DNA from: Christensenella sp.
Lineage (GTDB): Bacteria; Bacillota; Clostridia; Christensenellales; CAG-138
Assembly: GCA_034927595.1 (NCBI GenBank)
Contig: JAYFPQ010000085.1
Location: forward strand, 1 to 57,387
Reading direction: 5' to 3'
Length of the DNA stretch: 57,387 nucleotides
A program made the translations under genes and the position numbers. Below are positions 1-8,237 of the stretch, one piece after another. The notes beneath the pieces were generated by a model, which had not been told where the DNA came from, did not search any database, and saw nothing but the letters and a program-made list of their open reading frames with translations. The stretch's first letter is position 1. Each line of letters starts with the position of its first letter.

Positions 1-1742
1 TACACCAGCAGATAATCCAGATGCGAGAGCGACTCAATCCCTTTCAAACTCGTCAGTTGCTGGTCAAACAGCATTAAACCCGTCAGTTTATTCAGCTTCC
101 GCAGCGGCGCGAAGTCGGGTGCCGTTCCGTCAAGCTCCAGATAGGTCAACGAACTCAGTTGCGAGATCGTCTCAATCCTGCGCTCGTTTACGTTGGATGC
201 CGTAAAGCGTTCCAGCGAAGGCATATTGGTCAGGAACGAGTACTCGTCGCCCGGAATATTCTTTAGATACAGCGATTGAAGATTGAGGTTTGCAAGCGGC
301 GAAAGATCGATCACGCTGGTGCTGCTTACGTCGAGTACACGAAGATACGGGCACTCGCCAATGACGTCGATGGCAACGATCGGATTACTCCCTGTGTAGA
401 GCTCGTTGAGATACGGCAGTTCCTTCAGCGGCGACAGGTCGGAAATCTGGTTTCCGCCGAGCGCAAGATGAACCAGTTGCAACCCGGCCAGAGGGGATAT
501 ATCCGTAATTCCCTGATTGCACACGGCAAGATCGGTCAGATTTCGAAACTTCGGAATATCCGTGAGCGTGCGAATCGTGCCGCTGGGGTCAGATGTTCGG
601 TAGAGCGAGTGATAGGTAATGTCGCTCCAATTCGAGTAGGTCTCCGTGCCAAAAAAGTAGAGTTTCGTGACCCGATCCAGATCGGCCTGCGTCAGCGGCG
701 TTGCTGCATCCATGCCAAGCTGGTTTCGCACCGCTTGCTCAATCTCCGACGATTCAAACGTGATAACGGAGCTGTTTGCGGCCGGGCTCGGCTTTGCGAG
801 GGGAACGCTCGCTGCAACCGCCTGCTTCGAACTCCATTGCTGCGGAAGCACGCCTACCGCGCCGAGCAACACCGCGAGCCCAAATCCCGCTGCGAGGCCA
901 ATGCCCGTTCCGCGCAAGAACAACCGCTTGGGCAACGATCGCGCCTTTGCGGCGAACCGTAAATCCGACTGCAATTGCCGGATGTTTGCGTACCGGCGCT
1001 CAGGATCAAACTGCGTGCAGGTTTCGATGACGCGCGCGAGCTTGCGGTTCTGCAGCGACGCTATACCGTCCAGATCGTAGGAACCGGTGCAAAAATAGAG
1101 CAGCAGTACACCGGTGGAGTAGATGTCCGAACGTTGATCGGTCTGCTTGTAGCCAAACTGCTCCGGCGCGGCGGTTGTCTGTGTGCCGAGGCAGACGGTG
1201 TCGCTTCTCCGCTTGGGCTGGTAATGCCGCGCGGCGTCAAAATCGATGAGCGCGAGCCCGTGCTCCCGCGTATAAATCAGGTTTTGCGGCTTGATGTCGC
1301 GGTGGATCACCGGCGGATTCTGCCGATGCAGCATGCTCAACGTGTCGCAAAAACCGATCCCGATTCGAATCGTTTCCCGCTCACTCAGCGGCCCGTACTG
1401 CTCGATGTAGTCCGAAATAGGCGTGCCGGGGATATAGCCGCGCAAAAAATACTCCGTGTGATCGTCCGCCTGATATAAAAGCGCCTTCGGAAATACCGGC
1501 GAATCCAGCGCGTCGAGGATTTGATATTCCCCAAGCAGGTTTCGGCCTGCGCGCTTTGCGGCTACCTTGAGAATGCTGAGCGAGCCGTCCGCCTTGTTTT
1601 TTACCAGAAAGGTGGAGGACGCCTCCGAACCGCGCAGGCAGTCCACAAGCGAATACCGCTCTGCAAGACTGGGCGGCAGTGAGACGTAAGAATCCAACAC
1701 GACCTGATAATCCGCGAGAAACGACGAAAGCAGATCCTCCAT
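1..1742 (-). CDS. Ser/Thr protein kinase with TM helix and C-terminal internalin-type leucine-rich repeats (partial, runs off window start)
   Basis: Manual translation from ATG at 1742 (MEDLLSSFLADYQ...): ILKV, HRDIKPQN, LIDFDAAR, APEQFGY, RSDIYS; hydrophobic GIGLAAGFGLAVLLGAVGVL; then ITFESSEIEQAVRNQLG cap and LRRs such as LVHLALGGNQISDLSPLKEL. Absent from the ORF track because no stop lies in the window. Confidence 0.9.
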   Translation of the reverse strand, partial: MEDLLSSFLADYQVVLDSYVSLPPSLAERYSLVDCLRGSEASSTFLVKNKADGSLSILKVAAKRAGRNLLGEYQILDALDSPVFPKALLYQADDHTEYFLRGYIPGTPISDYIEQYGPLSERETIRIGIGFCDTLSMLHRQNPPVIHRDIKPQNLIYTREHGLALIDFDAARHYQPKRRSDTVCLGTQTTAAPEQFGYKQTDQRSDIYSTGVLLLYFCTGSYDLDGIASLQNRKLARVIETCTQFDPERRYANIRQLQSDLRFAAKARSLPKRLFLRGTGIGLAAGFGLAVLLGAVGVLPQQWSSKQAVAASVPLAKPSPAANSSVITFESSEIEQAVRNQLGMDAATPLTQADLDRVTKLYFFGTETYSNWSDITYHSLYRTSDPSGTIRTLTDIPKFRNLTDLAVCNQGITDISPLAGLQLVHLALGGNQISDLSPLKELPYLNELYTGSNPIVAIDVIGECPYLRVLDVSSTSVIDLSPLANLNLQSLYLKNIPGDEYSFLTNMPSLERFTASNVNERRIETISQLSSLTYLELDGTAPDFAPLRKLNKLTGLMLFDQQLTSLKGIESLSHLDYLLV

Positions 1743-1752
1743 AGCTAGCCCC

Positions 1753-2190
1753 TTAGCCCAAAAGTTTCTCGCCGATTTGCTCTAGCAGGATCTCGGCGTC
1801 AATGACGCTGGTTTGATGTTGTATGCAGTAGATGAGCGCGGCGTCCCGGCGGTTTCTTGGATAAAGCTCGCCGCGCTGCGCAACTTTCAGCAGCCGTTGC
1901 GTCTCGTTTATCGTTAAACCAATGCCGAGCGCGAGGCGAATCAGTGCGTTTCGGCTGGGATTTCGATAACCGTTGAGAATCTGATAGCCGAGGGAATAGT
2001 TCAGGTTGGCGGCTTCCAACGCGCTTTGCTTTGAAATGTTGTGTTGGGTCAGCATCTGTTGAAGATAGGCGGGGGTGCTGATGGACGGCAGGTCCTCCTC
2101 GTGCGCGGTTAAAAATTCCTCCAGTTGCTGTGTGTTTTGCAACAGTTGAAACAGTTCCTCGGTTGAGGCGGATTTCTTTTTGACTGCCAT
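1753..2190 (-). CDS. XRE-like helix-turn-helix protein
   Basis: ORF 1753..2211; ATG at 2190 has GGGAG upstream; ISKQSALEAANLNYSLGYQILNGYRNPSRNALIRLA is XRE-HTH-like; ends 10 bp before the kinase start. Confidence 0.75.
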   Translation of the reverse strand: MAVKKKSASTEELFQLLQNTQQLEEFLTAHEEDLPSISTPAYLQQMLTQHNISKQSALEAANLNYSLGYQILNGYRNPSRNALIRLALGIGLTINETQRLLKVAQRGELYPRNRRDAALIYCIQHQTSVIDAEILLEQIGEKLLG

Positions 2191-2227
2191 GCGATTCTCC
2201 CCCCGGATCATCTGCCGAACTATCGAA

Positions 2228-2257
2228 ATAGTAACATTGGCCTGTTTATAATGTCAA
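2228..2257 (-). promoter_or_regulatory. sigma70/SigA-like promoter for HTH-kinase operon
   Basis: Minus strand TTGACA (2257-2252), 18 bp spacer, TG-N-TACTAT (-10 at 2233-2228). Confidence 0.6.
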
Positions 2258-2376
2258 CACACGTATGCATACATTTTCGATATTTTACGCAATTTGCACA
2301 CCGAAATCTTTCGAAAAGTCCTATCATAATAAGATTACGCTGTTTTACTGGAAACAGAAGTTCAATAGGGAAACAA

Positions 2377-2421
2377 TAAAAAAAAGACAACGCCAGGCAA
2401 GAGGTCGCCAGACGTTGTCTT
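2377..2421 (-). terminator. Intrinsic terminator downstream of 2499..3179
   Basis: AAGACAACG...CGTTGTCTT stem followed on the minus strand by a T run. Confidence 0.65.
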
Positions 2422-2498
2422 CCTTTGGTTGGTTCGTCGTGGAAGTATCGTTTCAAGCGTATGCGTGACGTTCTTTACCGGAGAATGCGGCGCTGCGT

Positions 2499-3179
2499 TT
2501 ACGTCAGCCAATAGACGACGCTCGCAAGATAGGGACTGACGTCGTCCCGAAAGTCGCGAACGTAACTTTTTCCTCGTTCCATGGCGCCTTCGAGCGTGCC
2601 GAAATACTCGTATGTCGCGTCGTAGCTCCACTCGTCCGAACCTGCATAACTGCCAGAATCCGGGGCGGACCAAGGATCGGTGATGTGGATCGTGTAGTTG
2701 CGAATTCCGGTGTAATGGTGAAGAATCTGCTCGACGACGGCGGCGTCCACGGCGTACGATTGGTCGCCCGCCTGCAATGCGTCGAGCAGGGTTTGCGCAT
2801 CAATCCAATCGAACCGGTCGGACGGCGCGTGCTTCAGATACGGCGAGCACTGCGCCATACCGAGCAACAGGTACACGCGGCAGAGTTCCCGATTTGGCTC
2901 CGTTGGCAGGTCGAAGCAGAACAGGCACTCTTCCGGCTGCGTTTGTTCCAACTGCTCCGCGAGAATCCGCGCCAGCGCCTGCTCAAACGATTCGGCAGAC
3001 GCGACCCGACCCTCGCAGGGCACGCCGAACCGACCCTGCGCCGCTGCGTCGTTGGCGACGCGCTGGCGAAGCATGAGGGAGAAGCGCCCGCTTTCCGAAA
3101 TTGCCCCGGCGTACCAAACCTGAATTTGCTCCAGTCGGTTGGCGGAATCATCTTGCGGTTGAGAAATATTCCGTTCCAT
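2499..3179 (-). CDS. Hypothetical protein with degenerate Nudix/IDI-like domain
   Basis: LMLRQRV...GRFGVPCEGRVASAESFEQALARILAEQL resembles a decayed Nudix box; PNRELCRVY resembles the IDI NExC motif; AAAGGAG RBS. Confidence 0.6.
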   Translation of the reverse strand: MERNISQPQDDSANRLEQIQVWYAGAISESGRFSLMLRQRVANDAAAQGRFGVPCEGRVASAESFEQALARILAEQLEQTQPEECLFCFDLPTEPNRELCRVYLLLGMAQCSPYLKHAPSDRFDWIDAQTLLDALQAGDQSYAVDAAVVEQILHHYTGIRNYTIHITDPWSAPDSGSYAGSDEWSYDATYEYFGTLEGAMERGKSYVRDFRDDVSPYLASVVYWLT

Positions 3180-3208
3180 AAAAGTCTCCTTTCGAGCGTG
3201 AAGACGCT

Positions 3209-4327
3209 CTATTCGAGCTTGTCGAGCAGTTCCGGCTCCTCCGACAGGCGCTTGAGCACGCGTTTTAGCCCGTCGTTGGCCTGCTCCGGATGCGCATCGA
3301 CCTGACGAATCAGCTCGCCGAGCCTCCAGAACCGCCCGACATACGTCCGCGAGACCGACTCGCCAATGGAGTCGATCCAGTCGTCCTTGATGCGCACTTC
3401 ACCCGGAACGTTGAGCAAATGCTGCGTTCCGTTGGTGTAGCGGCAGAAAAACACCCAGGAGATCTCGTTGTTCGTTCCCTCCGCGTGCGTGCCGCGGTAG
3501 CGGTTGGTAAACCAGAGCGAGAGGTTCTCCTCCGGCTGGCTTGGGCTGACCAACTCGCGTGCCAGTTCCCGCCGCGCACAGTTCCAGAGCACTGGGTCAA
3601 CCGGAATCGGCTTTCCCGCGAAGGCACCTTCTGCGTCCGAAGCGCCGCTGTTGAGCGGAAAATCCTCCTCGCGGACATGACCGCCGAGAACGTCCAGCGC
3701 GGAGGCAACGGGGGAGGCGTCGTCCCCCGCGCCGAGTTTATCTGCCTTGTCGACCACGAGGAAGGCTGGTTCGCCCGTCTTCGGATCGCGCTTGTAGACG
3801 ACCAGAATCGACGTTGGATGCAGCAGCCCCGCCTCGTGGAGCGTGCGCTTGGTTGGGTAAAACGCGAGCACATTGCCCGCTTCGTCCAACGACGGAATGC
3901 GCGTTCGTTCCGACTCCGGCTTCTTCTTCTTGCGGCGCTTGAGGCTGTCTCCAAGCAATTCGTCCAGCAGCAGCAGCCCGCGCGCCTGACGCATGCGATT
4001 GTTAAACTGGTTTCGCATGCGCCGCGCCGAGACCTCCGGAATGCCCATCTTCTGGGCAATCTCCTTGTCTTTCAGTCCGGCGAAGACATGGTAGAGATAG
4101 CTCTTCTCCTTGGCGGTGAAGGCAAACACGCTGTCCGCGTTCAGCAACAGGTCGAACTTTTCCTGCCTGCCGTGGCGACTCGCGTGCTTCTTCTGCTGGT
4201 CGGCGGGCACCCGTTCGCCGCAATAGATACAGATCTGCGCGCCGGACACCGCATTCGTATCTTCCGGTTCGTCGGCGCGAAAGCCGCTTTCCAGAATGTG
4301 AGAGCTATCAAAGTCGTATATTTGCAT
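3209..4327 (-). CDS. Zn-finger-like + LuxR-like HTH fused to IDI-like Nudix domain
   Basis: CIYC...H...H; FTAKEKSYLYHVFAGLKDKEIAQKMGIPEVSARR HTH; GLLHPTS, LGGHV...ARRELAREL, NNEISWVF. Confidence 0.75.
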   Translation of the reverse strand: MQIYDFDSSHILESGFRADEPEDTNAVSGAQICIYCGERVPADQQKKHASRHGRQEKFDLLLNADSVFAFTAKEKSYLYHVFAGLKDKEIAQKMGIPEVSARRMRNQFNNRMRQARGLLLLDELLGDSLKRRKKKKPESERTRIPSLDEAGNVLAFYPTKRTLHEAGLLHPTSILVVYKRDPKTGEPAFLVVDKADKLGAGDDASPVASALDVLGGHVREEDFPLNSGASDAEGAFAGKPIPVDPVLWNCARRELARELVSPSQPEENLSLWFTNRYRGTHAEGTNNEISWVFFCRYTNGTQHLLNVPGEVRIKDDWIDSIGESVSRTYVGRFWRLGELIRQVDAHPEQANDGLKRVLKRLSEEPELLDKLE

Positions 4328-4408
4328 AAAGTGTATACTCCGTACTTGATATTCGTGCTTTATTCTGCGTGATATAAATACTTCGTGCGTAAAATACCAT
4401 TCTGACTA

Positions 4409-4437
4409 TTGACAGGTCGTTCGCCCTGTGCTACCAT
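4409..4437 (+). promoter_or_regulatory. sigma70/SigA-like promoter
   Basis: TTGACA-N17-TACCAT with extended -10 TG. Confidence 0.7.
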
Positions 4438-4583
4438 TCGAATTAAGAAATGTTCACTCTGTATGATCATTATAACAACGACATCCATTCCAGTCAACGT
4501 TTTCTTTTCTGGTTTCTTCTATTAAAAAACCATGCACCGCGTTGCCGTCAGACGATGGCGCAACAGAAAGGGAGGAATGATCG

Positions 4584-5693
4584 ATGGAACACGATTCGAA
4601 TTCGAGCGACAACTTTGGGTACAGCGGCGGGTGCCAGCACCTGTTTGCAAGCAACTCCAACGGCAGCGGAACCGGGCGCGTCGAGGTTTGGTGCGTGCGT
4701 TGCGGCGAGCAGGAGATTTACTACGACGACACCGGAACGGTGCTCTACAGCGAGCTGGACCCGGACTTCGACAACAGCCGCTATACTGGCGTGATCCATA
4801 CGCTGGAAGAGCTGAACGACTCCATTCGCGGGAATCACTTCTGTGAGCGGTATGCGGACGAGCAAAACGTTTGCCTCGTTTGCGGCAAACAGCTGGAGCC
4901 CAAGGAACCGGAGAAACCGGTCGCGCCGCCTCCGCCGAAAGCCGTACCCGCCGAGAAACTGTACATCGTGCAGAAGACCAAGCGCGGCTACGAGATCTGC
5001 GGGCTGGAGGAGCGTTCCGTGGCCGAGCAGAAGGGACTGCGTCACCTGACGGTGATCATCGTTCCGTTTGTGGCGGGCGGGCCGGAACAGGGGCGCTGGA
5101 TTGTCCACGACCGCACCGCGAAACTCTGGGCAAAGAAGAAGGCGGCGGGCGCCTCCGCGAGCCTGAACCTCTTTGGCGGGCATTGCTCCGCGGACGAGGG
5201 AGCGATCAACCGCATCGGTACGCCCGTTACCATGGATATCTTCGACGTTGCAGCAGAGCGCGAGCTGGAGGAAGAGCTGTTCCGCCGGGGTACCGGACAC
5301 AAGCTGGAGGTTTGGGAGAATTCCGAAGGCGCTTCCGACAGCCGCGAGACGGCAAGGTATGCGCACCTGCCGTTGATTCCCGTGGGAATCGTCACTTACT
5401 CCAGCGCGAGCAACTGCGAGGCGAGCTATCTGTATGCGCTGCCCGTTCCGGCGGCGGATGTGGACGCATTGATCGCGGCGGATAACTACATGCGCGACGG
5501 CGAGGAGCGCGACATCGCGCTGCCGATCATACGCATGCGCGAAAACGAACTCCGAAAGCTACAGAAGAACAATCCTGATGTGGAAATCTGCGACGCGATT
5601 TCGCGCCTCTGGCTTTGCAAGAACCGAGCCGCGCGTAAAAAACTACAGCGCGTGATTCGGGACTACTGCGCCGACAAGCAGACGAAGAAATAG
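4584..5693 (+). CDS. Cys/His-rich N-terminal domain + Pro linker + IDI-like Nudix hydrolase
   Basis: CQH, CVRC, HFC, CLVC; PEKPVAPPPPK linker; GLRHLTV, FGGHC...AAERELEEEL; GGAGG RBS. Confidence 0.8.
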   Translation: MEHDSNSSDNFGYSGGCQHLFASNSNGSGTGRVEVWCVRCGEQEIYYDDTGTVLYSELDPDFDNSRYTGVIHTLEELNDSIRGNHFCERYADEQNVCLVCGKQLEPKEPEKPVAPPPPKAVPAEKLYIVQKTKRGYEICGLEERSVAEQKGLRHLTVIIVPFVAGGPEQGRWIVHDRTAKLWAKKKAAGASASLNLFGGHCSADEGAINRIGTPVTMDIFDVAAERELEEELFRRGTGHKLEVWENSEGASDSRETARYAHLPLIPVGIVTYSSASNCEASYLYALPVPAADVDALIAADNYMRDGEERDIALPIIRMRENELRKLQKNNPDVEICDAISRLWLCKNRAARKKLQRVIRDYCADKQTKK

Positions 5694-5743
5694 AGCTCTT
5701 CCGGAACCGCCGACCGACAAAACAAGAACAATACGCATTTGTG

Positions 5744-5776
5744 CACCCGCGAACGAAATGGGCTCGCGGGTGTTTT
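5744..5776 (+). terminator. Intrinsic terminator
   Basis: CACCCGCGA...TCGCGGGTG followed by TTTT. Confidence 0.65.
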
Positions 5777-5817
5777 GCTGTTTTCGACCGTTAGGATTTC
5801 TAAGAAAAAATAGATGC

Positions 5818-5846
5818 TTGACAAGCCGTTTGATGTTTGGTATAAA
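5818..5846 (+). promoter_or_regulatory. sigma70/SigA-like promoter of MBL-ABC-esterase operon
   Basis: TTGACA-N17-TATAAA with extended TG. Confidence 0.7.
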
Positions 5847-6006
5847 TGGGTTGTCAGTTAGAAAACGAAATTACGTAACATACTAATTCATCTAAAAACG
5901 ATCTTTCACAATCTTTCGAATCTTACTCAAGCATTCGAATCCAGCATCCAGCACAAATAAAAAAGCGATACTCTTTCGATTCTGTTACACCGGAGCATAA
6001 ACCTGC

Positions 6007-6846
6007 ATGCGCGACGAAAACACAACCATACACGGGCTGCTCTACGGCAGCTGGGTGATTCGCCCGAACCTTTGGGTTCTCTCGAACGGATGGCAGAATT
6101 TTCAGTATCTGTTCGTCGGGGAACGTCAGGCGGTGCTGATCGATTCCGGATATGGCGAAGGAAACATTCGCGCGGTGGTGGAGGAGAAGACGAACCTTCC
6201 GGTCATGGTGATCAATACGCACGGGCACTTCGACCATACCGGCGGAAACGGCTGCTGGCCGAAAGCCTGGATGGGGGAAGCGTCGCAACGCGACTGCAAG
6301 CACGGGTTTGCGCCGATTCACGAACAATGGGCCGCGCAAAAGCCGTTTTCCGACTACGAAACCGGCGTGCTGGTGGACGGCACGCGCATTGACCTCGGCA
6401 ACGAGGTGCTCGAGATCATCGCGATTCCGGCGCACCACGACGGCAGCATCGCAATTCTGGCGCAGAAAAACCGCTTCCTCTTTACGGGGGACGAATTCGA
6501 GAGCGGGCAGGTGCTGATTCTCAAGCGTCGCTCCGATCCGGACTTTCTGCCGACCATTCGGCGGCACCGCGCAAACGCCGAACGGCTGCTCGCCCGAAGG
6601 AACGAATACGACGCGCTGTTTCCGGCGCACAACGGCTATCTGCTCGACCCGGATCGCTACTTGAACGACTTTATCGCGCTGGACGGCGAAATTCTCGCGG
6701 GTACCGCGCAGGCGCAGCCGAACACGGCGGGGTTCAACTTTCCGGCGGACGCGGTCGCCAGCGGCTCGGTGTTTGGCGTGTTTGGCAAACAGATTCGCGT
6801 TTACCACGGCGCGGCATCGATCGTATACCGGGACGATATTGATTGA
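6007..6846 (+). CDS. Metallo-beta-lactamase-fold hydrolase
   Basis: LIDSG, NTHGHFDH (HxHxDH), PAHH, FTGD, PAH. Confidence 0.9.
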   Translation: MRDENTTIHGLLYGSWVIRPNLWVLSNGWQNFQYLFVGERQAVLIDSGYGEGNIRAVVEEKTNLPVMVINTHGHFDHTGGNGCWPKAWMGEASQRDCKHGFAPIHEQWAAQKPFSDYETGVLVDGTRIDLGNEVLEIIAIPAHHDGSIAILAQKNRFLFTGDEFESGQVLILKRRSDPDFLPTIRRHRANAERLLARRNEYDALFPAHNGYLLDPDRYLNDFIALDGEILAGTAQAQPNTAGFNFPADAVASGSVFGVFGKQIRVYHGAASIVYRDDID

Positions 6847-6963
6847 ATCACGAAACACAACGATGAATAGAATCGCAGTGTAAATTAGAATATCTTGATA
6901 CAAAAGCGTTTTCAAGCAGCCAGATAGACTGCTGAAATACATCAAAAATGGAGGAGAAATCGA

Positions 6964-8079
6964 ATGAAGAAAATCGTAGCTCTGGTTCTGGTCCTTGCCT
7001 TGTGCCTGTCGATGGTCGCTTGCAAGGCGCAGGCGCCAGCCGCAAGCACCGAACCCGCCGCCACCGAAGCAGCCGCCGCTGAAGCAACCACTGCGCCCGA
7101 GGAAGCCGCTGCTCCCGAGACCAAACCCGCAACCGCAGGCGTCTGCTGGTACAACTTCGCCGATACGTTCATCTCCAGCGCGCGTCAAACGCTGGAAGAC
7201 GCGGCGGATGGCAGCGGCTGGCTGACCCTCTCCTCTGCGGACAGCGCGTTCGACGTGCCGACGCAGGCCAACAACGTCAACCTCTTCCTCACGCAGGACG
7301 TCGACTACCTGCTCGTCAACAACCTCGACACCGCAGGCACCGCCAACCTGATTCAGCAGGCCAAGGACGCCGGCAAGACCATCATCTTCCTCAACACGAA
7401 CACCCCGACGGACGAAGAGTTCGCCATGTATGACAACGTATGGTTCATCTCCTCGCTGGCGGATCAGTCCGGTACGATCATGGGCAACTATGCCGCGAAG
7501 TACTGGCAGGAGCATCCCGAAGCGGATCGCAACGGCAACGGCATGCTAGACTACGTGATGCTGATCGGTTTCGAATGGCACTATGACTCCCTCGCGCGCC
7601 GCGACTACTCGATCAAGGCCGTGGAAGACGCGGGCATCAAGACCAACAAGGTCTATGAAGCGGTCTGCAACTACAGCCGCGCGGACGCGATGAACACGAT
7701 GCAGTCGATTCTGACCTCCAATTCGGACGACGTAGAAGCCGTCTTTGCGGCGAACGACGACATGGCCCTCGGCGCAATCGAAGCCATGAAGGCAGCCGGT
7801 TGGTTCGACGACGACGGCCCGAAAATCCCGGTTTGCAGCGTAGACGCAACCGCGGTTGGCTGCGAAGCCCTCACGGAAGGCACACTGCTCGGCACCGCGC
7901 TGAACAACCCGGTTACGCTCGGCAACCTGGCTTACCGTCTCATGTTCTGCCTGCAGAACGGGCTCGAAGTGAATGCGGAGAACCTTGCGTATGACGCAGG
8001 CTTCAAGGTAGAAGGCCACCGCATCTGGATTGACTACATCCCGATCGACGCGAGCAACGTCGCAGACGCAACGTACTAA
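6964..8079 (+). CDS. mglB: Galactose/glucose-type sugar ABC substrate-binding lipoprotein
   Basis: Lipobox MVAC, Ala/Pro/Glu linker, YNFADTFIS, Ca-loop DRNGNGMLD, AANDDMALGA, VDA. Confidence 0.85.
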   Translation: MKKIVALVLVLALCLSMVACKAQAPAASTEPAATEAAAAEATTAPEEAAAPETKPATAGVCWYNFADTFISSARQTLEDAADGSGWLTLSSADSAFDVPTQANNVNLFLTQDVDYLLVNNLDTAGTANLIQQAKDAGKTIIFLNTNTPTDEEFAMYDNVWFISSLADQSGTIMGNYAAKYWQEHPEADRNGNGMLDYVMLIGFEWHYDSLARRDYSIKAVEDAGIKTNKVYEAVCNYSRADAMNTMQSILTSNSDDVEAVFAANDDMALGAIEAMKAAGWFDDDGPKIPVCSVDATAVGCEALTEGTLLGTALNNPVTLGNLAYRLMFCLQNGLEVNAENLAYDAGFKVEGHRIWIDYIPIDASNVADATY

Positions 8080-8092
8080 CGCCGTCACCCTC

Positions 8093-8122
8093 CGCCGGCG
8101 GCCCGGTACAAAGGCCGCCGGC
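8093..8122 (+). terminator. Stem-loop after SBP gene (mRNA stabiliser or partial terminator)
   Basis: GCCGGCGGCC...GGCCGCCGGC 10-bp stem. Confidence 0.6.
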
Positions 8123-8237
8123 TCTTCTTGTATTCAAGCGCTCTTTGGGGCAAAATGAAACAAGAAGAGCCGCACGGAAAACAGCAAGAAAGAATGGCAC
8201 CCGGCCATTTCTTTCGAAGTGGAACAAGGAGAATAGC

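Noticed and set aside
276-1478. Plus-strand ORFs 276..962 and 975..1478
   Set aside because: Antisense to the kinase-LRR gene found by manual translation
6007-6846. Beta-lactam resistance gene
   Set aside because: HxHxDH fold is generic; no signal peptide and sugar-operon context
6901-6914. cre-like site CAAAAGCGTTTTCA
   Set aside because: Lacks the leading TG of the consensus; too weak to call
7021-7140. Ala/Pro/Glu-rich low-complexity stretches in the three SBP genes
   Set aside because: Ordinary flexible linkers of Gram-positive lipoproteins
5923-7515. 530-aa minus-strand ORF, and similar long ORFs at 12886..14526, 29685..30893, 32666..33979, 35666..37120, 44506..46233 and 51842..53371
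   Set aside because: Antisense shadows of well-supported genes in GC-rich DNA; no motifs or RBS
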